Part shown: positions 46,385-56,547 of the stretch, in pieces
How the letters are laid out: every line of letters starts with the position of its first letter
Numbering within the stretch: position 1 is the first letter of the stretch
From: an uncultured Candidatus Binatia bacterium
Lineage (GTDB): Bacteria; Desulfobacterota; Binatia; Bin18
Direction: 5' to 3'
DNA length: 64,000 nt
Assembly (NCBI GenBank): GCA_965200965.1
Contig: OZ241744.1
Location: 3,417,222-3,481,221 of the forward strand
Made by a program: the position numbers and the translations under genes
The notes under the pieces: model-generated
Databases searched by the model: none
Seen by the model: the letters and a program-made list of their open reading frames with translations, nothing else
What the model was told of the DNA's origin: nothing

Positions 46385-46765
46385 ATGGCACGAGTCGCCG
46401 GGATCGAATTGCCCCGGAATAAGCGGATCGAAATCGGTCTGACCTACATCCACGGAATTGGCCGCAAGACGGCAGCCGACATCCTTGCTGCGGCCAGTGT
46501 CCCACCGGAGCGGAACACCGATGAGTTAAGCGATGATGAGGTCGCCACTATTCGCCGTGTTCTTGAGGAAAGCTATCGGGTTGAGGGCGACCTGCGCCGG
46601 GACGTGACCGGGAATATCAAGCGCTACATTGATATCGGCTCTCACCGGGGCATCCGTCACCGCAAGAACCTGCCGGTCCGAGGCCAGCGGACCAAGACAA
46701 ACTCGCGGACGCGGAAAGGCCCGAAACGTACGGTGGCTGGGAAAAAGCAGGTGCCGGCCCGCTAG
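46385..46765 (+). CDS. rpsM: 30S ribosomal protein S13
   Basis: Starts [26 protein letters not shown]. Also contains [13 protein letters not shown]. Confidence 0.96.
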   Translation: MARVAGIELPRNKRIEIGLTYIHGIGRKTAADILAAASVPPERNTDELSDDEVATIRRVLEESYRVEGDLRRDVTGNIKRYIDIGSHRGIRHRKNLPVRGQRTKTNSRTRKGPKRTVAGKKQVPAR

Positions 46766-46790
46766 TCCGCAGTTGTAAGGAGAACATGGC

Positions 46791-47189
46791 ATGGCCAGAG
46801 CCGGCGAGCGTGCTTCGACACGCAGGAAACGCATTAAGCGGTCTGTCCCGGAAGGTGTCGTTCACATCTACTCAACCTTCAACAACACCATTGTGACCAT
46901 CACCGACACCCAGGGGAACTCCGTAGCCTGGGCCAGCTCGGGCAGTGTGGGCTTCAAAGGCTCACGCAAAGGCACCCCGTATGCCGCCCAAATGGCGGCT
47001 GAAAGCGCGGCTCGGAAAGCGGCTGATGCCGGGATGCGTTCCGTTCAGGTGCATGTAAAGGGACCAGGGGCGGGGCGGGAATCGGCCCTGCGCTCGCTTC
47101 AAGCCACCGGGTTTGCCGTAAGCGTCATCCGGGATGTCACCCCGATTCCGCATAATGGGTGCCGTCCTCCAAAACAGCGGCGGGTATGA
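46791..47189 (+). CDS. rpsK: 30S ribosomal protein S11
   Basis: Translation reads [20 protein letters not shown]...[14 protein letters not shown]. Confidence 0.96.
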   Translation: MARAGERASTRRKRIKRSVPEGVVHIYSTFNNTIVTITDTQGNSVAWASSGSVGFKGSRKGTPYAAQMAAESAARKAADAGMRSVQVHVKGPGAGRESALRSLQATGFAVSVIRDVTPIPHNGCRPPKQRRV

Positions 47190-47298
47190 GACGGCTGAGG
47201 AAGACAGGCGAGTCACAGGGCACAGGGCAAAACCCATACGGGAGAGAGTGAGCTACCCCTAAGCTCCCCACCGAGGTATACGGAAGCTGGAGGATTTT

Positions 47299-47931
47299 GT
47301 GGCGCGATACAGCGGGCCAGTCTGTCGCCTGTGCAGGCGAGAGGGAATTAAGCTCTTCCTCAAGGGAGAGCGCTGCTATACTGATAAGTGTGCGATAGAA
47401 CGGCGGAGTTATCCGCCGGGACAGCACGGCCAGGGACGGGGGCGGAAGGCAACCGAGTATAGTATCCAGTTGCGCGAGAAGCAAAAGCTCAAACGCATCT
47501 ACGGAGCCCTGGAGAAGCCCTTTCGGCGAATGTTCTCCTTAGCCGAACGCCAACATGGCGTCACTGGAGAGAATCTGCTGTTGCTCTTAGAGCGCCGTCT
47601 TGACAATACGGTGTACCGGATGGGATTTGCGACCTCCCGCTCAGAAGCTAGGCAGCTCGTCCAGCACGGCCACTTTCTGGTCAACAACCGTCGCGTGACC
47701 ATCCCCTCCTACATGGTCGCCGTCGGTGATGAGGTCCAGGTCCGGGAGACCAGTCGCAAAATCACCCGTATCCAGGAAGCGGCCGAGTTGGCCCAACGCC
47801 GCGGCGTGCCAGAATGGCTAGAGGTTGAGAAGGATACATTTGTTGGCAAAATGAAAGCTCTTCCCGAACGAGCCGAGCTCACCGTTCCGGTCAACGAACA
47901 ACTGATTGTTGAGCTCTACTCAAAGGTCTAG
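47299..47931 (+). CDS. rpsD: 30S ribosomal protein S4
   Basis: GTG start after GGAGGA. Translation reads [24 protein letters not shown]...S4 domain [15 protein letters not shown]. Confidence 0.95.
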   Translation: MARYSGPVCRLCRREGIKLFLKGERCYTDKCAIERRSYPPGQHGQGRGRKATEYSIQLREKQKLKRIYGALEKPFRRMFSLAERQHGVTGENLLLLLERRLDNTVYRMGFATSRSEARQLVQHGHFLVNNRRVTIPSYMVAVGDEVQVRETSRKITRIQEAAELAQRRGVPEWLEVEKDTFVGKMKALPERAELTVPVNEQLIVELYSKV

Positions 47932-47951
47932 CGTCACGGTGACGGGGTATT

Positions 47952-48164
47952 ATGACATCTCTGACTTTCTTTGTAGCGGCGTCGCTGCTCGCATACTACC
48001 TTCAGTTACTCCTGATCGGTGGTAGACTGTTCATGATGCATCGAGCCGGCCTGCGACGCGATCGGCAACTTGATGTCATGGAGGCCGGGTCGCAGGCACG
48101 GTCTCGCGCTTTGGACGAGCAGACTCAGTTATTGCGCGAGGCGACTCAGTCGCTAGCGGAGTAG
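47952..48164 (+). CDS. Hypothetical 70-aa protein: N-terminal TM helix plus a charged helical tail
   Basis: ORF only, with no family recognised. It reads SLTFFVAASLLAYYLQLLLIGG, then RRDRQLDVMEAGSQARSRALDEQTQLLREATQ. It lies inside the rpsD-rpoA insertion and has a weak RBS. Confidence 0.35.
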   Translation: MTSLTFFVAASLLAYYLQLLLIGGRLFMMHRAGLRRDRQLDVMEAGSQARSRALDEQTQLLREATQSLAE

Positions 48165-48334
48165 AACCGGTCATTGGAGAGCCGGGTGCTGGGAGAGCTA
48201 CTGCGGCGGACGGGATAACTGAAACGGCCGGGTTGTTTGATCAGCCCCGTATGTTAACGCCAAAACGGCGGTTCGGTGCTATTGCCGCCGCATAATCTGT
48301 ATGGGCGACACCACGACAGCGGAGGAACATCTCT

Positions 48335-49006
48335 ATGGCAACACCTGGGAAAATGAGCGTTGAGAAGGGAAGGAAGTTTGAGGACTGGTGCGAGGACCAT
48401 ATCCGCGACGAAGTGTTTCCTAACGAGGACTATTTCAGAATCAAGCGCCAACATCATCCCGGCGGGAATTTGGAGAGGGTGGACTTTCACGTCCAGCTCA
48501 AGAAAAAACCTGGAAACCAAGGTTTGGTCATTGAGTGTAAGAATTATGGGAAATCTTCACTGGAATTGAGAAAGGCGATTCGTCAAGTAAAGGAATATAA
48601 GAAGGCTACTGGGGCAAAGTGGGCGATGATATGGATAAGCAACGAGAGTGTGCCTTCCCCCGAATTTTTGAAGGATGCCAGCGATGCCGGAATTGAAGTT
48701 CATCAAATCGATATGTCTTTTATCCAGAAAGTGCCGATATTGAGGAACTTCAGAAAGAAACACAGGATCCTGAATCGGAATAAGGAGGATGCCACATACA
48801 TCGATCGCATGCACCGCGAATTAGCGGAGTATCTTGCAGAGGAGAACCAATCTAGCATAGCGGAAGCTCTGAATGAGATGGAAATGGAAGTCGAGAGGGA
48901 CTATAGAGCCTTTCTTGAACTCGTCGATATACCGGACGAGATGGGTGTTACGGAGGACTCTGGAGACTTCCTTTCTTCCCCGCATATGCAACCTGAAAGA
49001 GCCACA
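48335..49006 (+). CDS. Mrr-like PD-(D/E)xK (restriction-endonuclease fold) domain plus an acidic linker. There is no stop codon, and it is in frame with rpoA
   Basis: GGAGG at 48321-48325 lies 9 nt before the ATG. Motif order: FEDW helix, ERVDFHV (D), LVIECKNY (ExK), then ...[31 protein letters not shown]. Sampled 60-nt lines give 35-53% GC. The track ORF 48335..50026 runs continuously into alpha. Confidence 0.6.
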
Positions 49007-50026
49007 ATGCAGAAGATTGATCTCATCAAGCCCGAGGAAATCATCGTTGATAAAGAAACCCTGACCGCAACCTATGGTCGCTTTACCGGGGAGCCTTTTG
49101 AGCGCGGGTTTGGCCTAACCCTGGGGAATGCCTTGCGTCGGGTCTTACTCTCCTCGCTGACCGGCGCGGCCATTACCAAGGTGCGCATCAACGGGGTCCT
49201 GCACGAGTTCTCAACCGTGTCCGGCATGACGGAAGATGTCACCGACCTCTTACTAAACCTCAAAGAAATCCGCTTCCGCCTTGAGGACACCGACCAGGAG
49301 ACGATCCGGCTTGACGTGCAAGGCCAAGGGGAGGTCACCGCGGCCGACCTGAAAACCGATGCCCAGGTCGAGATCCTGAATCCTGACAAGCACTTGGCCA
49401 GCCTCGGTAAAGACGCCAGCCTCGAGTTTGAAGCCGTCGTCCAAACCGGCCGGGGATATGTGACTACCGAGCAGCACAAATCTGAGGACGACCCCCTTGG
49501 CACAATTCCGCTGGACGCGGCATTTTCTCCGGTGCGCAGGGTCAATATCACAGTCACCAACGCGCGCGTAGGCCAACGGACCGATTATGAGCGGCTGGCC
49601 CTTGAAGTGTGGACCGACGGCAGCCTGAGACCAGAAAAAGCGGTTGCGGAGGCGGCCCGGATTATTCAAGACCAGTTCAGCGTTTTTGTCGGCCCAAGTG
49701 AGGAACAGGAATGGCGGGCCGAGACCAGGGAAGAGCCGGCTGGGGTCGTGAATGAAAATCTGCTGCGGCCGATTGAAGAATTGAACCTGTCGGTGCGGTC
49801 TGCCAACTGTCTCCAGAGCGCCGACCTGCGCTATGTCGGCGAACTCGTCCAGCGCACCGAGCCAGAGTTGCTCAAGACCAAGAACTTTGGTCGAAAGTCC
49901 CTGAACGAAATCAAGGATACCCTCCAGAACATGGGGCTTGAGTTGGGTCTTCAACTCGGCGATTTTCCTTCGCGCGAAGAGTTGGACCGTAGGCGAGCAG
50001 AATACGAGCCAGAACTCAGTTCCTAG
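49007..50026 (+). CDS. rpoA: DNA-directed RNA polymerase subunit alpha (canonical 339-aa form from the internal ATG)
   Basis: Starts [11 protein letters not shown]. Contains [20 protein letters not shown] and the C-terminal domain motif [14 protein letters not shown]. Length and N-terminus match ordinary alpha subunits. Confidence 0.92.
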   Translation: MQKIDLIKPEEIIVDKETLTATYGRFTGEPFERGFGLTLGNALRRVLLSSLTGAAITKVRINGVLHEFSTVSGMTEDVTDLLLNLKEIRFRLEDTDQETIRLDVQGQGEVTAADLKTDAQVEILNPDKHLASLGKDASLEFEAVVQTGRGYVTTEQHKSEDDPLGTIPLDAAFSPVRRVNITVTNARVGQRTDYERLALEVWTDGSLRPEKAVAEAARIIQDQFSVFVGPSEEQEWRAETREEPAGVVNENLLRPIEELNLSVRSANCLQSADLRYVGELVQRTEPELLKTKNFGRKSLNEIKDTLQNMGLELGLQLGDFPSREELDRRRAEYEPELSS

Positions 50027-50060
50027 ATTTCAGGCACTCTGGGACACGAGATACACAGTC

Positions 50061-50438
50061 ATGCGACACCTCAAAACCGGACGAAAACTGAACCGCACCG
50101 CGGCTCATCGTCGAGCGCTGATCCGCAACCTGCTCAAGGCGCTCATCCAGCGTGAGCAAATCCAGACGACCGACGCCAAGGCCAAAGAACTCCGCCGTTG
50201 GGCTGACCGTATTGTCACCTTGGGCAAGCGGAATACCCTGCACGCCCGCCGTCTGGCCTACGCGCAATTAGGCAGCCGGGCCTTAGTCTCGCGTGTATTT
50301 GACGACATTGCCCCCCGTTTTGAAAATCGTGTCGGCGGATATACCCGCATTATCAAGCTTGGCCCTCGACGTGGCGACGCGGCTCCGCTATCCTTAATTG
50401 AGTTCACCGAACGCGAGGCAGAGCCGGCAACCGACTAA
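50061..50438 (+). CDS. rplQ: 50S ribosomal protein L17
   Basis: Translation reads [24 protein letters not shown]. The internal ATG at 50061 was chosen. Confidence 0.95.
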   Translation: MRHLKTGRKLNRTAAHRRALIRNLLKALIQREQIQTTDAKAKELRRWADRIVTLGKRNTLHARRLAYAQLGSRALVSRVFDDIAPRFENRVGGYTRIIKLGPRRGDAAPLSLIEFTEREAEPATD

Positions 50439-50520
50439 AGGTCAGAGCCGAACGGCGGTGTGAGAGGCGAGCCAGCCGTGGGGGCGGGCCCGCCCGAGTG
50501 TTGGAGGAGGGGAGGAGCAG

Positions 50521-51165
50521 ATGGCACAACGACATTATCGCTTACAGGTGAATGTGCTTGAAGGAAGCATGCTGGTGGTGAGTTGCCTGTTTGCTTCTTT
50601 GCTCATTTTTGTCTTTGGGGTCTATGTCGGGAAAGAGGTTCAAGCCCAGAAAACGTTCAAACAGGCCAAACCGCTTCGTGTGCCTGTCGGGGGGGTAAAA
50701 ACCGCTCTCCTTGACCGGTCGCCTGCCTCTCCGCTCGGTCCTCGGCCTGTAGTCTCAACCCGGGAACGAGCGATCCCACACCGCGTTCAGCAGCCCAAAC
50801 CCATCTCGCTGCCGGCTGCCGCCGTCCTGGCCAAAGCTGGACCCCCTGCTTCCTCCGAGGCCAAGCCCCGGACTAGACCCACGACCCGAGAACGGCCGGC
50901 GGCCGCGCCTCCTCCAAAACCACCCGCCAAACCGAGACCGTGGAGCGTTCAGGTCCAGGCTACGACCCGGGAGAAAACGGCTCGGCGCACAGCGCAACGC
51001 CTGCGTCAGCAGGGCTACAGCCCCTCGCTCAGCAAGGTCATCCGACAGGGCAAGGTGTGGTACCGGGTCCGGGTCGGGCCTTTTACCGAGAGAGAAGCCA
51101 AGGCCGCGATCTCGCGCTTTCGACGCCAGAAAATGTTTGCCCAAGCCTACCCCGTTTCGCACTAA
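50521..51165 (+). CDS. SPOR-domain protein (N-terminal TM helix, Pro/Ala-rich linker, C-terminal SPOR domain)
   Basis: The C-terminus (WSVQVQATTREKTARRTAQRLRQQGY...VWYRVRVGPFTEREAKAA) has a SPOR-like pattern. Confidence 0.75.
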   Translation: MAQRHYRLQVNVLEGSMLVVSCLFASLLIFVFGVYVGKEVQAQKTFKQAKPLRVPVGGVKTALLDRSPASPLGPRPVVSTRERAIPHRVQQPKPISLPAAAVLAKAGPPASSEAKPRTRPTTRERPAAAPPPKPPAKPRPWSVQVQATTREKTARRTAQRLRQQGYSPSLSKVIRQGKVWYRVRVGPFTEREAKAAISRFRRQKMFAQAYPVSH

Positions 51166-51168
51166 GAT

Positions 51169-52188
51169 ATGACGGTACGAGAGGCCATCGCCCGTGTGGT
51201 CAGCGGCCATGACCTGAGCGAACAGGAGATGGCCGCCGTCACCGCCGAACTCATGGACGGTCAGGCCACCCCGGCCCAAATCGGTGCCCTCCTGACCGGC
51301 CTCCACATGAAGGGCGAGGTCGTCGCCGAGATTGCCGGTGCGGCCCGGGTGATGCGAGACCGTGCCAGCCGGGTTGAGCCACCCGGACCGGTGATTGATA
51401 CCTGTGGCACAGGTGGGGACGGCTGCCACACCTTTAATATCTCTACCGCGGCGGCCTTTGTCGTTGCTGCGGCTGGCGGCAGTGTGGCCAAGCACGGCAA
51501 CCGTGCCATGTCCGGGCCGGTTGGTGGCGCGGATGTCCTGCAAACGCTCGGGGCGCGTGTCGAACTGAGGCCCGACCAGGTTGCCCATTGTTTGCGGACG
51601 GTCGGCTTTGGCTTCTTCCTGGCACCGGCCTTTCACCGGGCGATGCGCTACGCCGCTGGGCCGCGTCGAGAAATCGGAGTTCGGACGATCTTCAACCTGC
51701 TCGGCCCGCTGACCAATCCGGCCAGGGCTGAACACCAGCTCATCGGCGTTTTTGCCCGTCGCTGGGCGGTACCGTTGGCCGAAGCCTTAGGCCGTCTGGG
51801 GAGCAGCCATGCGCTGGTCGTACATGGCGCGGACGGCCTTGATGAACTCTCGCTGTCCAGTCCTAGCCATGTTGCCGAGTGGGTTGAGGGGCGGGTGAAG
51901 ACCTACACGATTCAGCCCCAGGAGTTTGGCTTCTCCCCCTGCCGGTTGTCCGACCTCCAGGTGCGTAGCGCCCAGGAATCGGCCGCGGTCATCCGCCACA
52001 TCTTTGCCGGCCAACCCGGGCCGGCGCGGGATATTGTGTGTCTCAACGCCGGAGCCGCGCTGTACGCCGGCGATCTCGTCCCGTCTGTGAGCGCAGGCGT
52101 CAGCCGGGCCCAAGCCACCATCGACAGCGGGGCCGTGGCGCGGACCCTTGACGGCTATATTTCTCTGAGCCTCACGGAAGCGATATGA
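51169..52188 (+). CDS. trpD: Anthranilate phosphoribosyltransferase
   Basis: Motifs read: DTCGTGGDG..TFNISTAAAFV and KHGNRA.S. Confidence 0.93.
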   Translation: MTVREAIARVVSGHDLSEQEMAAVTAELMDGQATPAQIGALLTGLHMKGEVVAEIAGAARVMRDRASRVEPPGPVIDTCGTGGDGCHTFNISTAAAFVVAAAGGSVAKHGNRAMSGPVGGADVLQTLGARVELRPDQVAHCLRTVGFGFFLAPAFHRAMRYAAGPRREIGVRTIFNLLGPLTNPARAEHQLIGVFARRWAVPLAEALGRLGSSHALVVHGADGLDELSLSSPSHVAEWVEGRVKTYTIQPQEFGFSPCRLSDLQVRSAQESAAVIRHIFAGQPGPARDIVCLNAGAALYAGDLVPSVSAGVSRAQATIDSGAVARTLDGYISLSLTEAI

Positions 52189-52964
52189 TTCTTGATGACA
52201 TTGTTGCCCACAAACGGGCTGAACTGGCCGTCCGCAAACAGACGCTTTCCCTCGCCCAACTGCAAGACTCGGCCCACTTCCGGGCAGTACCGACCGCGTT
52301 TTTGCCGGCGCTTCAGCGCCACCCCGGCCGGGCAATTATCGCTGAGGTGAAAAAAGCTTCGCCGTCAAAAGGCGTTATCCGGACTGATTTTGATCCCTTG
52401 CGGCTGGCGCGGACCTACGCCGCGGCCGGTGCCGCGGCCATCTCGGTGCTGACCGATCAGAAGTTTTTTCAGGGCCATCTGGACTATTTGGCCCTGATTC
52501 GCCGCCACCTCAATCTGCCGCTGCTGCGCAAGGACTTTGTGTTTGATCCCTACCAGGTGTATGAAGCCCGGTCGTATGGGGCGAGCGCCATCCTCCTGAT
52601 CGTCGCCATTTTGTCAGACACCCAACTCCAGGAGTTAGCGGCCCTGGCCGACGCTCTGGGGCTAGATTGTCTTGTTGAGGTACACGACGAGGCAGAACTC
52701 GAACGCGCCCTGGCCGGCAAGGTCTCCCTGCTCGGCATCAATAATCGAGACCTGCGGACGTTCCAGACCAGCATTGAGACGAGCGAGCGCCTGCTGCAGT
52801 CCATTCCAGCCGGGGTGACTGTTGTATCAGAGAGCGGCCTGTCGCAGGCCGGGCAACTGGCCCGGCTCGAAGCGCAGGGCGTCAGAGCGTTTTTGATCGG
52901 TGAGACCTTTACGGCCGCCCCAGACCCAGGCGAACCCCTCCGGGCGATGCTGGCCGCTCCATGA
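52185..52964 (+). CDS. trpC: Indole-3-glycerol-phosphate synthase
   Basis: Motifs read: IIAEVKKASPSKG, LRKDFVFDPYQVYEAR and GINNRDLRTF. Overlaps trpD by 4 nt. Confidence 0.93.
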   Translation: MILDDIVAHKRAELAVRKQTLSLAQLQDSAHFRAVPTAFLPALQRHPGRAIIAEVKKASPSKGVIRTDFDPLRLARTYAAAGAAAISVLTDQKFFQGHLDYLALIRRHLNLPLLRKDFVFDPYQVYEARSYGASAILLIVAILSDTQLQELAALADALGLDCLVEVHDEAELERALAGKVSLLGINNRDLRTFQTSIETSERLLQSIPAGVTVVSESGLSQAGQLARLEAQGVRAFLIGETFTAAPDPGEPLRAMLAAP

Positions 52965-52982
52965 GCCGCCCCTCAGTACCAG

Positions 52983-53603
52983 ATGAGTATCCGGGTCAAG
53001 ATCTGTGGCATCACCACAGTTGAAGACGCCCGTCTGGCGGTTGAGGCTGGTGCCGATCTGATTGGCCTCAACTTCTACCCGCCCAGCCCGCGGAGTGTGT
53101 CCGAGCAAACCGCCCGTGTCATCTGTGCGCTCCTCCCGCCTCCGGTCTGGCGGGTCGGGGTTTTTGTGAATGCTCAGCGAGAGTGCGTGGCAACACTGGC
53201 TGAGCAGCTCGGTCTGCACGCCCTCCAGTTCCACGGCGATGGAACCCCAGCAGAGTGCAGCGGCTGGCGGCAGAAAACGATCAAAGCCGTGCGTATCGGC
53301 TCTCAGCCGCTCTCCCCGGACTGGCAGGCCCATCCGGCCGACTATCTGCTGCTTGACACCTACCATCCGGGCCGATACGGAGGGACCGGGGTCAGCTTTG
53401 CCTGGTCACGGTTGGCCGCGCTGACCGAAGACCAGCGCAAGCGCCTTATTCTGGCCGGCGGCCTCACGCCTGAGAATGTCGCCGCCGCAATCCGTGCCGT
53501 GCGGCCCTGGGCGGTTGATGTTGCCAGCGGTGTAGAGAACGCCCCGGGCCACAAAGACCCCGACAAACTCCGCGCCTTTATTCAGTATGCCAAGACAGCC
53601 TGA
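52983..53603 (+). CDS. trpF: Phosphoribosylanthranilate isomerase
   Basis: Motifs read: [18 protein letters not shown] and [10 protein letters not shown]. Confidence 0.9.
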   Translation: MSIRVKICGITTVEDARLAVEAGADLIGLNFYPPSPRSVSEQTARVICALLPPPVWRVGVFVNAQRECVATLAEQLGLHALQFHGDGTPAECSGWRQKTIKAVRIGSQPLSPDWQAHPADYLLLDTYHPGRYGGTGVSFAWSRLAALTEDQRKRLILAGGLTPENVAAAIRAVRPWAVDVASGVENAPGHKDPDKLRAFIQYAKTA

Positions 53604-54795
53604 CAGCCGTGGTCATTTTGGTCCGTATGGGGGCCGGTATGTTGCCGAAACCCTGATGCCGGCGCTGATTGAGCTCGAGGACTTGTACCGTCGGTCTCGG
53701 CGCGACCCAAGGTTTCAGGCCGAGTTGCGCGCCCTGCGTCAAGAATATGTCGGCCGTCCAACCCCCCTGACCTTTGCCGAGCGTCTGACCCAGCGTCTGG
53801 GCGGGGCCAAGGTCTATCTCAAGCGAGAAGACCTGTGTCACACCGGGGCGCACAAAATCAACAACACCATCGGCCAAGCCCTGTTGGCCAAACGGATGGG
53901 CAAGCGGCGGCTGATTGCCGAGACCGGGGCCGGCCAGCACGGCGTGGCGACCGCCACGGTTGCCGCCCTGTTTGGCTTTGAGTGTGAGGTCTTCATGGGC
54001 AGCGATGATATTGTGCGCCAGGCACCAAATGTCTTTCGGATGCGCCTGCTCGGTGCCAGGCTGCGTGAGGTGGCCGCGGGGACACGCACCCTCAAAGACG
54101 CCATGAACGAGGCCCTGCGAGACTGGATCACCCGGGTCAGCTCCACGTTTTATGTGATTGGAACCGTGGCCGGGCCGCACCCCTATCCCATGCTGGTCCG
54201 CGACTTTCAGTCGGTGATTGGCCGCGAGACCAAGCGACAGATACGCACCCAGACCGGCCGTTTGCCCGGCTATCTGATTGCCTGTGTCGGCGGCGGCAGC
54301 AACGCGATGGGTTTATTCTCCCCCTTTGTGTCGGCACCTCAGGTGCGCATGATCGGGGTCGAGGCCGGTGGCCTGGGGTCTGGACAGAACGCCGCCTCGA
54401 TCAACGGTGCCCATGTCGGTGTCCTGCACGGCAGCAAGAGTTATGTGCTCCAAGACGAAATGGGCCAGATTCAGGACACCTATTCCCTGGCCCCCGGCCT
54501 GGACTATCCCGGGGTGGGACCAGAGTTGAGCTATCTGAACGATCAGAGGCGCGTCCGGTATGTCACGGTCACGGACGACGAAGCCGTTGCCGCCATTCAG
54601 CTGCTCGCCGAAACAGAGGGTATCATCCCTGCCCTGGAGAGCGCCCACGCCATTGCCTACGCGGCCTCTCTGGCCCCGCGCCTGCGGCCCGAGGAGACCG
54701 TGGTGATTAACGTGTCGGGGCGGGGTGACAAAGACCTGGAGAGCGTCGCCCGCTATGTGGAACAGTCACGCCACACTGGAGAGGGGAGGGAATGA
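53587..54795 (+). CDS. trpB: Tryptophan synthase beta chain
   Basis: Motifs read: [31 protein letters not shown] and GGGSNAMG. Confidence 0.95.
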   Translation: MPRQPDSRGHFGPYGGRYVAETLMPALIELEDLYRRSRRDPRFQAELRALRQEYVGRPTPLTFAERLTQRLGGAKVYLKREDLCHTGAHKINNTIGQALLAKRMGKRRLIAETGAGQHGVATATVAALFGFECEVFMGSDDIVRQAPNVFRMRLLGARLREVAAGTRTLKDAMNEALRDWITRVSSTFYVIGTVAGPHPYPMLVRDFQSVIGRETKRQIRTQTGRLPGYLIACVGGGSNAMGLFSPFVSAPQVRMIGVEAGGLGSGQNAASINGAHVGVLHGSKSYVLQDEMGQIQDTYSLAPGLDYPGVGPELSYLNDQRRVRYVTVTDDEAVAAIQLLAETEGIIPALESAHAIAYAASLAPRLRPEETVVINVSGRGDKDLESVARYVEQSRHTGEGRE

Positions 54796-55619
54796 CGCGG
54801 ATCACCGACACCTTTGCCGCCCTGCGCGCGCACCGGCAAGCCGCGCTCATTCCCTATATTACGGCCGGCGATCCTGACCTGGAGACTACTTTTGCGCTCG
54901 TCCATGAACTGGCCCGGCAGGGGGCCGATATGATTGAACTCGGCGTACCCTTTTCTGATCCAATGGCCGACGGGCCAACCCACCAACGGGCGGCTGAACG
55001 CGCCCTCCAGAGCGGCACTTCGCTGGCCGGTATTCTTGAGTTAGTCCAGCGCCTCCGCCGGTCGCTTGACCTGCCGATCATTCTGTTCAGCTACTATAAT
55101 CCGATCTTTCGCTATGGCGGCCACCGCTTTGCCGGCGACGCGCAGGCCGCGGGGGTGGACGGCGTGTTATGCGTAGACCTGCCTCCCGAGGAGGCCCCTG
55201 AACTCAAGCGCGAGACCGACGGGTGCGATATTGACCTCATCTTCCTGCTCGCGCCGACCAGCTCCCTAGACCGGGCCAGCACCGTCCTCAGCCACGCCCG
55301 CGGCTTTGTCTATTATGTTGCCGTGACCGGCGTGACCGGTGCCCGCGCCTCGCTGCCGGCCGATTTATCAGGCATGGTGCGGCGGCTCCGGGCCGTTTCG
55401 CCGGTTCCGGTTGGCGTAGGATTTGGCATCTCGTCGCCCCAGCACGCGGCCGAAGTGGCCCAGATTGCCGACGCCGTTATTGTCGGCAGCGCCATATCGC
55501 AGGTTATTGAGACCCATCAGGGACAGGCTGCTCTCCTCCCCCAGGTCGGGCAATTTGTCGCCAGCCTCAAACACGCCCTGTGCCAGTCGGCCAGCCCGGA
55601 CGCGACTGGCACGAGATAG
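54792..55619 (+). CDS. trpA: Tryptophan synthase alpha chain
   Basis: Motifs read: [30 protein letters not shown] and [10 protein letters not shown]. Confidence 0.94.
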   Translation: MTRITDTFAALRAHRQAALIPYITAGDPDLETTFALVHELARQGADMIELGVPFSDPMADGPTHQRAAERALQSGTSLAGILELVQRLRRSLDLPIILFSYYNPIFRYGGHRFAGDAQAAGVDGVLCVDLPPEEAPELKRETDGCDIDLIFLLAPTSSLDRASTVLSHARGFVYYVAVTGVTGARASLPADLSGMVRRLRAVSPVPVGVGFGISSPQHAAEVAQIADAVIVGSAISQVIETHQGQAALLPQVGQFVASLKHALCQSASPDATGTR

Positions 55620-55659
55620 GAGGCCAGGGAGGAGCGGTGGAGAATGGCAGGAGACAAAG

Positions 55660-56481
55660 ATGGAACTGAAAGTCATGCTGTATCAGGTCACAGACGGCAT
55701 TGCGACCCTGACCCTCAACCGTCCGCGGCGGCGGAATGCGTGGACCGGACGGATGCACGCCGAATACCGCTGTGCGTTGGAGCGGGCCGATCGCGACCCC
55801 GCGGTGGGGGCGATTGTTGTCACCGGGGCTGGTGACACCTTCTGCGTTGGCGCAGACTCCCGGGCCTTGGAGGGGCATGTGGACAAGGGTGGCTATGATC
55901 CGGGCACGCCGCAGGACATGGCCCGGCCCGGCTATGGTGTGCGGCCGGAGTTTGACGCGGATTTTGCCTGTCAGTTTGGCATGACGAAGCCGGTGATTGC
56001 GGCTATAAACGGGGCCGCGGCCGGGGTCGGCTTGGTCATCGCCTGTTATGCCGACCTGCGTTTTGCCGTGACCGGTGCCAAGTTGACAACGGCCCACGGC
56101 AAGCTGAACCTGCCGGCCGAGTTTGGCCTGTCGTGGCTGTTACCGCGTTTGATCGGACTGACCAGGGCCAACGATGTGCTGCTGTCGAGCCGCGTGTTTT
56201 TGACCGATGAGGCCTATGAGATGGGGCTGGTGAATGCAGTCCTGGCAGCCGACGAGTTGCTGCCGCATACCTATGCCTATGCACAGCATCTGCTCGCCAG
56301 CGTTTCCCCCGGATCGCTGCGGGCGACAAAGCGCCAGATTTATGCCGATCTGCACCGGGATGCCAAATCAGCCGTTGAGAGTGCCAACAGCCTGATTCGA
56401 GAAATGGCCAAACAGGACGATTATGCCGAAGGCGTAGCCGCTTTTGTGGAAAAGCGCCTGCCACGCTGGTCTGGTTCGTAA
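55660..56481 (+). CDS. Enoyl-CoA hydratase/isomerase (crotonase) family protein
   Basis: Translation reads GIATLTLNRPRRRNAW...IVVTGAGDTFCVGAD...AAINGAAAGVGL. The internal ATG at 55660 follows the trpA stop. Confidence 0.85.
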   Translation: MELKVMLYQVTDGIATLTLNRPRRRNAWTGRMHAEYRCALERADRDPAVGAIVVTGAGDTFCVGADSRALEGHVDKGGYDPGTPQDMARPGYGVRPEFDADFACQFGMTKPVIAAINGAAAGVGLVIACYADLRFAVTGAKLTTAHGKLNLPAEFGLSWLLPRLIGLTRANDVLLSSRVFLTDEAYEMGLVNAVLAADELLPHTYAYAQHLLASVSPGSLRATKRQIYADLHRDAKSAVESANSLIREMAKQDDYAEGVAAFVEKRLPRWSGS

Positions 56482-56547
56482 GACGAGCCCGCGCGGGGCC
56501 AGTCAGGGCCGCTCCTTGGGGCCAGGACTCTTCTATACCAAGCCGGC

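Noticed and set aside
48254-48814. Minus-strand ORFs 48254-48520 (88 aa) and 48557-48814 (85 aa) inside the rpsD-rpoA insertion, considered as possible antitoxin or partner genes.
   Set aside because: Both lie largely antisense to the better-supported nuclease ORF. Neither has an RBS-like sequence or a recognisable motif.
50482-50495. GC-rich palindrome gggcgggcccgccc after rplQ, considered as an intrinsic terminator. A similar weak hairpin gctctcc...ggagagc lies after lon at about 15179-15203.
   Set aside because: The stems are short and no convincing U-tract follows, so I cannot support terminator calls by eye.
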